NCBI RefSeq assembly: GCF_000400465.1
Contig: NW_008806278.1
Span: forward strand, 442,592 to 474,591
Reading direction: 5' to 3'
Length of the DNA: 32,000 nucleotides
DNA from: Wallemia ichthyophaga EXF-994
Taxonomy: Eukaryota; Fungi; Basidiomycota
The first letter of the stretch is position 1; every line of letters begins with the position of its first letter. A program made the position numbers and the translations under genes. Below are positions 1-10,335 of this stretch, one piece after another. The notes under the pieces are model-generated. The model was not told where the DNA came from, did no database searches, and worked only from the letters and a program-made list of their open reading frames with translations.

Positions 1-573
1 TCAACAGTATAAGGAAGGGCATTGATAGTGCATTTGAGGTTGGGCGAGAAGTAAGCAGCGTATTCTTCCTTGTTTGTGTTATCGAATGCCTGGTGTGTGT
101 TAGAAACGCAACACTCAACAACGACTCAAACTGACCATGAAAGCCGCCTTAACAAAAGAAACGAGCTGCGAATCCTTGTCATCGTTATCGTCGTGGTCAT
201 CGTGAATTTCGTCCGTCTCTTGGGCCTCCTGCTTATCCTGTCTATCCTTCTCACTGATATTCATCTTGATACGCTTCATGCTCGGTTTGAACCAGGTAGA
301 AGGGGGTGTTTTAACGGTGGGTTGGTTATGTGCGTGAGTTATTGACTTGCGCTGTACACTCAAACTCTTGCTGCTAGTTGTGGATGTGGATGTTGTGGGG
401 CTGCTGCTACCATCGATGCTTGAATATGCCTGTGTCTCGGTAACATTCTCGTCATTCTCATCCCTGTGGATATCTTGAATCGTGTTTCTCAAATTATCCA
501 TGTTATTCGAATCCACTCCCAACTCCTCGTCAACTTGGCTGTCTTTCTTTTCTTTTACTGATGTCTCTGACAT
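1..573 (-). CDS. Hypothetical protein, 3' end outside the window; acidic, Ser/Thr-rich disordered N-terminus followed by a possible small folded domain
   Basis: ATG at 573. The ORF-track frame runs into an intron at 135..90 (GTCAGT...CTAAC...CAG, 46 nt). After splicing the frame stays open to the window edge (…KAAFM|AFDNTNKEEYAAYFSPNLKCTINALPYTV…). No family recognised. Confidence 0.7.
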
Positions 574-1451
574 CGTCGAATTTATTAACGCGGCTTCTCT
601 GGGTTCACCGGCGCATGCAGGTTGCCAATTTGGCCGAAGAACACCCTAAAAATTTTCATTGACCTGGTTTACTGTGCGGCGTGCCAGGGGGAAGGATGGG
701 GAGGAGATGTAAAGACATGCACTTAGCACACATTTACAAACATCGCAATTCCTCGCATGTCCACCACCACGCTCCCGAACGCACAATTCTTTCATCCGTT
801 CAGTCGGAAGTTTTCAGCAAATTCAACATTCTTCAAAATTCAGCAAATATTCCACCCCTTCAATCTCCTTCTACTTGCTTATCTGGGCTAGTCTTCCTTT
901 AATTCTCCCCGCCCCTTCCGCTGCTCCCGACTGTGCCATATTTCTTTCGGTTATCAAGGAACTTTTCGTCGGTTCCGCTATGTAACTAAAATAAGAAATC
1001 ACATTTTCTGTCAAAAGCGAGTGTGTTATGCATTTTGCGCTGCGCTTGTCGGCTGTCGGGTTATTCCCAGTCACAGTCAGGGGAGTTGATCGACTGCCGC
1101 TTGTCAGGAGTAGACGGACAAGGCGGGAACAGGCGGAACAGGCGGGCACGCACTAAGGTACTTAAACCATAAAATAAACGTGCGTGTATTAAATAATTGG
1201 TACATTTTGATAATCAGTGTATTTTGAAAGGAACTGAGGTGTGTGTAGGTAATATTCAGTACGTGTCTGTGTGTGTTTTGGAACAATTGTCAGCGCTTTA
1301 TCAACGCCACCGCGAAAAACAACTAGAACCAATGCTAGTCGTTGTGTTATGCCGTATATTAAAGAAATGCAGTATTAGTTTAGTCGAATTGGAATTGTAA
1401 TACTAGAGTGGTTCATAATACCACCCGCAGTAAGATGCAAATTAGGTAGAA

Positions 1452-2563
1452 TTAGAGTATACCGGAATCTCGTAAAGCGTTTTGCAGTATGGTTTCTTTT
1501 ACTGCGGCAAATACCAACCTGATGTTGGATGTGTCCGTGGCTTGTGTGAGGTGTGGGTAAATGGATAGTCTCGCGCGGTTAGTTTGAGTGAATCTCCAGA
1601 GGATATACTTTGCTGCTTTATTAAGGTCCGCACCGCCTAAGTAAAGGTGTGAGTGTCATTTCAAATTAAAGTAAAGTCCAACACACCTGAGTATTCTGGG
1701 AAGTACCTCTCTAATGGAATCCTAGTTATTTTGGCACTAAATACGTCGATTTTGTTCATGAACAGAATAATCGAAGTTCTCAAGAACCATCTGCTATTTA
1801 TAACTGATTCAAAAAGCACCAGTGATTCCTGCATTCGATTTTGACCAGATTCTTCTAGCAATACCTGGTCATACTCTGATATTGCTACGCAGAAAATAAT
1901 AGAAGTCACAGCTTCGAAGCAGTGTATCCACTTTTTACGTTCAGAGCGCTGTCCACCTACGTCAAACATGTGTATAGAAAGTTGACCCATAGTGAATCTC
2001 GTCTCAGTGATACCAGTTGTCTTTATTCTCGCCCTTAAGACGTCATTCTCATTCGGGATATAATCTTGGTTTCCAATCCGGTCAACGTTTTCAAAAAAGT
2101 ATGGAGCTGAGTCCATGAGATACCACTCCGAAGACCTATCGAGTATGTCGGGTATAATGGGATCGTTCCAAAGTGAGTCAATTGCCTTTACGAGGTCTTT
2201 CGAGAGGGACATCCCTGGCTCCAAATCGAGACTGTAATCTAGTATATAATCGGCGTAATGTTGGTTAATATTCCACCGCGGCTCCATGCCTAGCTTCCTC
2301 AACGCCAGGACGACGGATTGAGCAGAATCGACGACGTTTTTGAAAACGACCAAACGAAAACCGATGAGTTCCTCTTTAGAATAGCCATTCTGATGAATAA
2401 TCTTCATTTGCTTGACGATAGTGGATTTACCAGATTCGCCGGATCCGAGGAGGAGTATCTTACAGTCCCTGCGCATCTTCTTAGCATCGTCTTCGAGCTG
2501 CTTGTCAATCTCCATTGACCTGTTCTTCCCATCCTTATCTTGTTTCGATGCGCACACGCCCAT
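1452..2563 (-). CDS. gpa3: Heterotrimeric G-protein alpha subunit, fungal group III (cAMP-pathway type, like Ustilago Gpa3 / Cryptococcus Gpa1)
   Basis: MGVC N-terminus (myristoylation/palmitoylation type), P-loop GSGESGKS, switch [22 protein letters not shown] and NKID. One intron at 1686..1637 (GTGTGT...TAG) joins …FPEYSG|[15 protein letters not shown]…TQATDT…[10 protein letters not shown]. About 354 aa. Confidence 0.96.
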
Positions 2564-2643
2564 TTTATTTTCGTGAGTGCGAGTGCAATTCCAGTGAGAT
2601 CAGATTAATTTAATGAATATAGCGGATGAAAATTTAAATTTAA

Positions 2644-3811
2644 TTAGGTAAAGCGTTTAACGTTTGCTTCTGCGTCATTCCATGGCTTACTTAAGAGTTG
2701 CTCATTTTCAAGCTCTTCGATAATCGGCTTCGGGAGACTGCGGGGGGAGTTAGATTGTATCATCTAGGCACACGAAACACGCACCCCACAACCAAATTAT
2801 CACGGTATAATACCCCCTTTCCTGGTTTCTCCTTGAGCAGCGCGTATAGAACAACTTGGGCGCCCTCCATTGCGGATTTCGTCATGAGCCATGTAATCGG
2901 CAGCGTAATATAATAAATTAGAACGCCAAGCAACCCCCACTGCGCAAACAGTGGATATACGCTGGTTTCCCTAACGAATCCTGGACATACTGATAAGCAA
3001 CTCACACCACTCTTCGATACTCTGCTCTTATCCACTTCTGGGACAACGTTCTGGGCTTTTGCTGTGTCTATTTCTGACTGAAGGTGTTTAGTGAGGGCGT
3101 GTGCTCGAAGTGCGCGTGTGCCAGCCTTATTTATGCCACTGACTCGCCCAGTTGTCACCTCTTTAAGTGTACCTGCTGTGTAAAACGGTTGAATGAGCCT
3201 AATGATGCGTATATCGCGTGAATTTGGACTGTGAGCAATAGCAGGCATAAGAGAAAGTAAGAGGAGGTGAGCAGCGGCTGATTTTGATGAATCTGCTTCA
3301 TCCAAACCACTAACGCCGTCATAATCAGTAGAAAAGATAACAGCATCAATTCTTCTTATCTGCCCAGTCTCTATTGTATTGCTAGGTCCTGTAGGTATAC
3401 GCTCCGACTTGTTCCAGTTGTCTGAGAATGTCTTGACTGAGGAAATGTCTGTTACATCACATCTATCAACGAATATAGATTCACTGTTAGTGCGCATCTT
3501 TACAGCATTCAGCAGTGGCAGCACAGCGAGTGGATCTGGATGGAGTATTATCGTAGTAGCACCGCATTCAGCGAGTTGAGGGAGAGTGCAAGCGAGTACA
3601 GAACATGGCAGCCCCTGTGCATCTGTGTCAGCGTAAAACACCCTAAGCACACTTCGCTTACAGCCAATATAACCGTGCGTTGGTGTAGATCCCTGCGCTG
3701 GACATTCTTAGCGCCGCCAGACCAGCTCTTGATCGCGGTGACGATAATAATAGTAAGTACTGCATAGATTATACTATTCAGCTGCACATTATCAATCAAC
3801 AAATCGAGCAT
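2644..3811 (-). CDS. PBR1: Pbr1/YNL181W-like ER membrane SDR-fold oxidoreductase-like protein
   Basis: Three exons; introns 3661..3615 (GTAAGC…CAG) and 2784..2738 (GTGCGT…CAG). N-terminal TM segment, then AIKSWSGGAKNVQRRDLHQRTV, IFVDRCDV and IRRIDAVIF, which resemble my recollection of yeast Pbr1 (AIKYWSRG…LHGKV, IFVEKCDL, PRRLDGVI). C-terminal hydrophobic segment GLLGVLIYYITLPITWL. Confidence 0.8.
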
Positions 3812-3915
3812 TTTGGTGGTACTTGGAATTTCCTTGGAGGACTCTTCAAATATACTAGGTTAGTTTGAAATTTACTAGTAAAAATACATAAACAGATTCT
3901 TCGGATACGCAGAGC

Positions 3916-4491
3916 ATGCAAGCCACTCAGCTCAGCCAGTTCATTTCAACCGCGGCATTTGCGGCAGATAAGCACAAAGACCAGCGCAGAAAGAATGCGT
4001 CGAGCACGCCGTACATCAACCATCCACTCGGCGTCGCAGATATTCTATCCCAGACTGGCCACGACGATCTACCAACTCTTCAAGCAGCCCTCTTGCACGA
4101 CACGCTCGAGGACACTGACACAACATTAGCAGAGTTAGAGATCACATTTGGCAGCCAAGTGGCACATATTGTAGCAGAGTGCTCGGATAATAAGACCCAG
4201 TCGAAGCAAGTGCGAAAGCAGATACAGATTGATAAAGCCCGCACTGTCTCAATCAAAGCAAAGCAAGTTAAACTGGCAGACAAGCTGTATAATTTGCGCG
4301 ACTTGCAAACAAATTCACCGCCTGATTGGGACATACGACGTATTAAAGAGTACTTTATTTGGGCAGGCAAGGTGACGAGGCAGATTGAAGACGCTTCACC
4401 TGCCATAACTGAGCTGCTGGCACAAGTTTACGCGGGGACATTCGAGAAGGACGGTGTTGTTTATAATTGTGTTGACATAGATTTGGTATAA
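3916..4491 (+). CDS. HDDC3: MESH1/HDDC3-type stand-alone HD-domain hydrolase ((p)ppGpp hydrolase / NADPH phosphatase family)
   Basis: Intronless, 191 aa. Motifs FAADKHKDQRRK, PYINHP, AALLHDTLEDT (HD motif), KLADKLYNLRDL and EYFIWA are collinear with animal MESH1. Confidence 0.93.
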   Translation: MQATQLSQFISTAAFAADKHKDQRRKNASSTPYINHPLGVADILSQTGHDDLPTLQAALLHDTLEDTDTTLAELEITFGSQVAHIVAECSDNKTQSKQVRKQIQIDKARTVSIKAKQVKLADKLYNLRDLQTNSPPDWDIRRIKEYFIWAGKVTRQIEDASPAITELLAQVYAGTFEKDGVVYNCVDIDLV

Positions 4492-4519
4492 ACACATTAA
4501 AAACCCCACCTCATCACTT

Positions 4520-6975
4520 TCACGCATCTAACGCCCGCTTGGCATCGTCATCTAATCCGAGTGTCCACAAACCATTCTCATCATGTACGCTCGAATCCAT
4601 GTCGTTGGAGAGGGTATTGAAGGTGTTGAAGGTGTTGAATGTGTTAGGGGCATCAGTGTCCGATGTGAAGGTGCTCAGAGTGCTGTTGCTGAGGTTACTA
4701 AGGTTGCTGTGATTGTAGCCGTAAACATAGCTCTGCTCTTGCTCTTGCTCATTCGCAGCTTTTTTAGTTTGTTTCGTTTGAATAAACGGCGCAGTAACAT
4801 CACCAAGTAGATTGCTTTTGTTGTGCAGTAATTGTGTAGTGTTGTGCAACACGACACTTTGATCGGGGGTAGTATTGCTATTGCTGCACTCACACCCCTC
4901 CAGTAGCGTGTTTTGATAAGCGATAAAGGCGTGTTGTTCAGCCATGAACTGGCGCATCTGTGAGTGTGAGAGGGGTTGTGAGTGTGAGTGTGATTGAGTG
5001 GGGGTGGGGGTATCGTTTGGAGAATGAGAGTGAGAGTGAGTGGGAGTATGGCTATGATCATGCTCACGCTGATGCTCATGAGCAACCCCTTCCAACAGCA
5101 CAGCCTGAGCACGCACCAACTTCGCCATCCCACTCAACTCCTCCAGTGTATCACTCAATTGTCCCTCCAGAGCGTTTTTCTCCAATGCATAGCGACTCTT
5201 GAGTGCTCCAAGCTCCGACTGCGCATCGACGACGAGCTTGAACAGATCTGCACGTGCCATTCTGTGTAGGTGAGGGTGTGTGTGTGTTTGTCGGTTTGTG
5301 TTGACGGTATTCACTGTATTCACAGCATTCCCAAATGTCTCACCAGAGTGCTGTAATAACTTCATGTAAGCAAAAGAGGACTTGTGTGAATATGGGCATA
5401 TAGGCATACACCGCCACTCACACTTGCACTCATCGCCCCATTGATGCTCATGCTCCTGCCCATGCTTCCGCTCCCGTTGCCGCTAATCGATGTTGTAGGT
5501 GTGACTACATCTGCAGTAGTTTGCGGGGAGCGGAACATTGCGTTGTTTGCGTTTTGTATGTTTTGTGTATTGTTTGTGTTGTGTCCGCTGTGTGCACTAT
5601 ACAGCGTTTGTGCGGGCGAGCTGGCACTATTCACGCTACACAGACTCGAGCGGGCTGAGTTAGCCGTGTTGAAAGAGTTCAAAGTGTTACTAGGATTGAT
5701 TACGTTGCCTGTGTTGCCTGTGTTGCCTGTGTTCGCACCATCACCGATACACTGCGCTGCCACACACGCTGAGCGGCTATCGAGATGCGAAAGGGAGGGG
5801 TATGTAAGTGGGCGGGTGTGCGCAGTTTGAGCAGTGTGATTGTGAGGGTGAGATTGGTAGATTGGCGTGTACATATTGCCATGGCTACGGCTAACACCAT
5901 CGCTATTGTTATATTTGGTATGACTGGCAACTGGAAGAGACATGCGTTTTTGTTTGTTGATGTCTTTGTCGTTGTGTTTTACTTTCTGTTTCTGTTTCAG
6001 TCTCTCATCAACTTGAACTTGCTCCTCATTCTCCTTGTCTTTCTGCTTGCTCTGAGGAGTGCTCGTCTTCATTTCCACCAGCGCGCCGGGGCGTTTGAGG
6101 GGGCTGTGATGGGAGGAGAGTGGCAAGTCATTTGTGTGTCCTGTGTGCGCTGTGTGCGCCATACTAACAGCATTGGTGGAGAAAGAGCGAGGAAGGAAGC
6201 TGAGGCTGTCAAGGTGTGAGTGTGAGTGACTCTCATCAATCACATCACTCGCATCACCTGCATCACTCCCGCTCCCGCTCTCCTCCACAGCCACAGAGAG
6301 ATGTGTGGGTGTTTTGATGCTGTCTGATAGACCAGTTTCTGCACTGGCGTATTCACAAGTGACGGGAGTGGGAATAACATCACCACTACCACCACTATCA
6401 CGGCTATCACCACTATTACCAGCATTGTCCCTGCTCGCGAGATAAAGTTTCATCCGCTCGAACGTTGCTTTTATGTCTTGGAGTTGAGGAACCGATTGAG
6501 GAGATTGAGTGTGTTGCTGATTGTGTTTCCGCTCAAGTTGATTGATATTGCTGGGCTGGGTATTACGATGCGATTGAGGATGCGATAGATGATGACTTGG
6601 ATGACTGCGATGAATGCGGTTGCCCACGTTACGCTTAGGAATGGGTACGACGCTGTCATTCAGCGAAGTCGTGCGTTTAGGGACGGCGGGTGAGTGAGTA
6701 ATTTTGACAGCATTCACATCACCGCCCATGCATGCAAAAGATTCTTGAGAATTGGAGTGGCTGGGGTGAGGTAAAACACGGAAATCCCCCTGATTTATAT
6801 TCTTTCTGATTACGCTTTGACTCATGCCCTGATTCACCGCGCCCTTGTTCCGACCGATTGAGACAGGCAGACTGCTCCTCTTGATGGCGGAGTGGGATGC
6901 CTTGGTGAAGAGGGATTTGAGGGTTTTGTTAGATTGTTTGGATTCTTTGGACTCATTCGCTTGGCTCATCTCCAC
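4520..6975 (-). CDS. Large (~800 aa) low-complexity S/H/N/Q/T-rich hypothetical protein with a C-terminal predicted coiled coil
   Basis: Two long ORFs (6975..5362 and 5407..4520) join in phase 0 through an intron. The donor is GTATGC at 5409 or GTGAGT at 5421; the acceptor is CAG at 5351. Heptad-like segment RMARADLFKLVVDAQSELGALKSRYALEKNALEGQLSDTLEELSGM. No family recognised. Confidence 0.75.
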
Positions 6976-7077
6976 ACCACCTTCGGAAGCAGGAAGCAGG
7001 AAGCCAACGGCAAAGTTAAAGTTAAACTAAAAAGCAGGAATGAATTATAAATAAAATTTTATCACTTTAACAGACCA

Positions 7078-7823
7078 TCAAGCAGGCAGCTCAAATTTCT
7101 GTCCTCTAATAACCTTGGTAAAGTATATGTAGAAAAAGTCGGCGTAAAGCGCCGTTTGAATGAGGCCCGAGATGATGGCTATTGGGTCAACGAAGGATTC
7201 AGTTGCGTATCTATAGATCCAGTTTGGAATATATAAAGCTCTGTAAGCACCCAGGGCGAATAAGTAGTGAGTGGTGATTGTCTCAGCTTCGCCAGTTCTC
7301 TGGAGGAGGAATAATTGGGGAAGAATTGCGACGGATTCCAAGTAAATGGAGAAACTCCAAAGGACTTCACTCAGCCAAGCCTTTTCGTCCGCGTAGTTGA
7401 ATATCAGCGAGAGAATCGCCGCAGGAATGATCAAATAAGGCAATGAGAAGGTGTCGATTGAGGGATCCAGCGTAGGCCTGAATCTGATCTTGATAAGATA
7501 GAGAATGTAGCTACTGCTTGATATAAAGAAGAGCTTCATCAGGCTATTGTATAATGACACGTAAGTCCAAACCAGATCCAGGTATCTTGAAACGAAGACG
7601 ATGACATATAGCAGCTGAGTCTTGTAGGAAATACCTGGTGGTTGTTAATAAGGACTTGCCAGCTCACTCCTCCCCACTCACCCCTACAAGACCTTGATGT
7701 TTGGATTTTATGAATCAAGATTAAGATACTCGTGAGGTGTGATAAGTCGCCTATCAGATGATGCGTTAGATCTATTTCACCCCGCGATCGCCTTTAATTA
7801 CCCAAAAATCTAAATATATTCAT
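7078..7823 (-). CDS. ERD2: ER lumen protein-retaining (HDEL/KDEL) receptor
   Basis: Three exons; introns 7801..7751 and 7681..7635. Reconstructed as MNIFRFLG|DLSHLTSILILIHKIQTSRSCR|GISYKTQLLYVIVFVSRYLDL…WSFSIYLESVAILPQLFLLQRTGEAETIT…YRALYIPNW…KFELPA*. Confidence 0.96.
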
Positions 7824-7884
7824 CGTCGTCGTTAGCAACCTTCTTCTGATCCGCAACTGTCATCATCAATCTTGTAAATTAAAA

Positions 7885-8409
7885 ATGGGAAGTAACCAAA
7901 GCACTCCACAGGATTTCCACAGTGAAACTACTCCCACTACTCCAATTAGATTCTCTACTTCACTTGTCAATGATTTGAGTGATGATCAGAAGACAGAGTC
8001 GCAGACACAGTCGCAGACACCCAGCCAAATTACCCTTGACGAACAAATACGTAATCGAATCAACTCTGAACTCTCTAGGCTGCGCTCGGAAGAACACTCT
8101 ATACGCCAGCAGATTGAGAATTCTCTCGCTCAAGACAACGCTGCGAAATCTAAACAACCTGACAACTCTATCCTCAGCTCTGAAAACGTTAAGAGGAACA
8201 TTGATGACATTAAAACTAAAATAGACAAACATCATCAGAAGAGAGATATCAATAACTTCCCAGAAGTTAAAAATTCTCACTCAAGTCTCATCTCTTGCTT
8301 TAAAGATAACTCTCAAACACCTCTCAACTGCCACATACAAGTAGATCAATTCAAACAAGCCGTTTCTCAAGCTGAGAAAATATTCATCCACTCCCTCCAA
8401 ACAGCCTGA
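7885..8409 (+). CDS. MIC19: MICOS complex subunit Mic19 (Aim13/DUF1690-like)
   Basis: MGSNQS myristoylation-type N-terminus, PIRFSTSLVNDL, a central coiled coil, and a C-terminal CHCH-like LISCFKDNSQTPLNCHIQVDQFK with two Cys. Confidence 0.85.
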   Translation: MGSNQSTPQDFHSETTPTTPIRFSTSLVNDLSDDQKTESQTQSQTPSQITLDEQIRNRINSELSRLRSEEHSIRQQIENSLAQDNAAKSKQPDNSILSSENVKRNIDDIKTKIDKHHQKRDINNFPEVKNSHSSLISCFKDNSQTPLNCHIQVDQFKQAVSQAEKIFIHSLQTA

Positions 8410-8461
8410 TTAAGTGGTTTACAATGCATGACATATATAAATACAAAACTTGCTATCATTC

Positions 8462-9297
8462 TTAACACTGCGCGCTATGAAGATTATTCATATCATCGAG
8501 CATCTCTTCGACGTCGTCTTCGTTATAATCTGATGTATCCTCCCAAGCATGATCAAATTCTGTGTTGAGAGGGGCGTTATCAGCGGTGAGAGTCAGGAGA
8601 TTGGTTTTGTGTAGATTGTGATGTTTGCTATGACCTGGAGATGGTGTATGGTAGTTCATAGCATCGTCCCTACTCAAGGTGCTGATTGGAAGCACCCACA
8701 TTTCCTCTTTAAGGCGCTTGTGCTGTGTGTGCGTGTTAATACATCACGTTATCCAAACAAGTTAAACACCGGACCAACCCTCTCCCTATCCTCTTCGAAT
8801 CGCCTGAGTATTTCTTTATCAGGGAGTCGTTGAGTGGATTGAGTATCATCTGTATCATCATTGTGGTTGCTGTATTCGATTCGTCTGTCTATAAGCTGTT
8901 TCAACAACCCATCCAGCTCTTGTAGGCTGAAAAGTTGTCTAAGTTTCCAATTCTCGAGTACAGCAATAGCAGCCTGTAAGTTAATAACCCCATTGGGCTC
9001 TAGGGGAACTACGATACCGATAAAATCAGCCAGAGCTGCAGCTATATGGGAGCGGTAGGCGGTACTCTCAGCAGCATCACCACCACTCCCACAGAGGAGG
9101 TCATCGAGCATGTAAAGAATGTTTATACGCTGATTGAGACCACCTTTCTTGGTCTCTTGCATGACGCACTTCCATAAATCACCAGAACAATCTGAATACA
9201 CCCGCAAATGATCAACTGCTCGCTTCACTGATCCTTGTGAGGCGTTCAATTTCCGGAGGTATCCAACCAGAGCCATACGTATCTCGAATGCGTCCAT
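8462..9297 (-). CDS. CTK3: CTD kinase I gamma subunit
   Basis: MDAFEIRM…LRKLNASQGS…RINILYMLD (CTK3 N-terminal CID-like domain). Intron 8778..8723 joins RFEEDRER|HKRLKEEMWVLP, the CTK3_C signature. Ends in an acidic EFDHAWEDTSDYNEDD tail. Confidence 0.9.
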
Positions 9298-9342
9298 TAT
9301 AAGTCTTGTTATCCACTGTCGTCGACGTTCTTCTCAACGGCC

Positions 9343-10263
9343 ATGGACACAGACGCAGACACAAATGTACAAGTGAATAAGACTGGAACAGGCGTAGAGA
9401 CTGGAGAAGGTGTTCAGAATACAAGGAAGCGTCAGGCTTCTGCTGAACCCGGTGAGCCCGGTGACACTCGCAGTGAAGAAGGCAAGCCATCCACATCAAC
9501 AGCAGCACAACCCCCAACAGCGACAACCACAACTACCAATAACCCCACACCACCCAAACGAAGACGCGGTTTTGGCGCTGCTGGAGCTTTATTCGCCAAA
9601 TCATTCCAACAAGCCACTCGCGACTCAAAAGCACCTAAATCAGACGGCACAAAGCGTCGTGAGGAGATAGAAGCGCGTACACAAACGAGAATACGTGCAG
9701 AGAGTACAAAAGCTCGTGAGGTCGACGAACAAACACACAAATTGAAAAAGCTGAAAAGTGATTTGGAGTTGAAGGAGGATGCCCTACGTATAAGAGAGGA
9801 TAGCGTAAACACTCAAGTAAGAGTTTTAAGAGATAGCGCAGAATTTTTGCTAGCTCCTTACTTCAAAAATCAACTCATTCAACCCTCCCTGGACCTCGCG
9901 AGGAATGGGACTAAAGGCGTCCCATTGCTGCTGTATAGACCTACACGGCTGATTAAAAGTCAGGTGGAGGAAATCGAGTCGCAGAAAGTCGAAACTGAAC
10001 AGCGTATTGCGGATATGCTCTCGCAATTTGATGCCGATAAGGAGAAATCCCTCAAGGAGCTGTTTGATGTGAAGAAGTCTATTGAGTATGTACACGACGC
10101 TTTAGATGGCTTTGAGAGGGACGAACGCGCGTCTCGCCCAAACAAGGGCGTGGAGGAAGACGAGACAATGAAGAAGAGTGAGGATGAGACTGAAAAGAGA
10201 AGCGAAGATGAGACTATGAAAAAGACCGAGGACGTCGATACCTGGGAAATGAATACAGATTGA
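9343..10263 (+). CDS. Pinin/SDK/MemA-domain protein (splicing/EJC-associated), probable
   Basis: Intronless 306-aa ORF. A KRRRGFG…LF motif is followed by a charged coiled coil (KRREEIEARTQTRIRAE) and LLYRPTRL, the layout of fungal pinin-like proteins. Family call is from memory. Confidence 0.65.
   Translation: MDTDADTNVQVNKTGTGVETGEGVQNTRKRQASAEPGEPGDTRSEEGKPSTSTAAQPPTATTTTTNNPTPPKRRRGFGAAGALFAKSFQQATRDSKAPKSDGTKRREEIEARTQTRIRAESTKAREVDEQTHKLKKLKSDLELKEDALRIREDSVNTQVRVLRDSAEFLLAPYFKNQLIQPSLDLARNGTKGVPLLLYRPTRLIKSQVEEIESQKVETEQRIADMLSQFDADKEKSLKELFDVKKSIEYVHDALDGFERDERASRPNKGVEEDETMKKSEDETEKRSEDETMKKTEDVDTWEMNTD
10156..10227 (+). repeat. 24-nt coding tandem repeat, 3 copies (EDETMKKS / EDETEKRS / EDETMKKT)
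   Basis: gaagacgagacaatgaagaagagt / gaggatgagactgaaaagagaagc / gaagatgagactatgaaaaagacc. Confidence 0.85.
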
Positions 10264-10335
10264 ACACATATATTTATTGTATAGCTCATTTTGATGCACA
10301 CTACGTCATTCCCCTTTCCACCAATCACAGCACAG

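Noticed and set aside
871-1149. 92-aa minus-strand ORF and other short ORFs between G-alpha and the first gene
   Set aside because: They have GTG/TTG starts and no homology cues. The region is more simply the G-alpha 3'UTR plus the next gene's promoter.
4600-5760. CRISPR-like or satellite array
   Set aside because: The repeats are short, degenerate 9-nt codon repeats inside a eukaryotic CDS, with no repeat-spacer structure.
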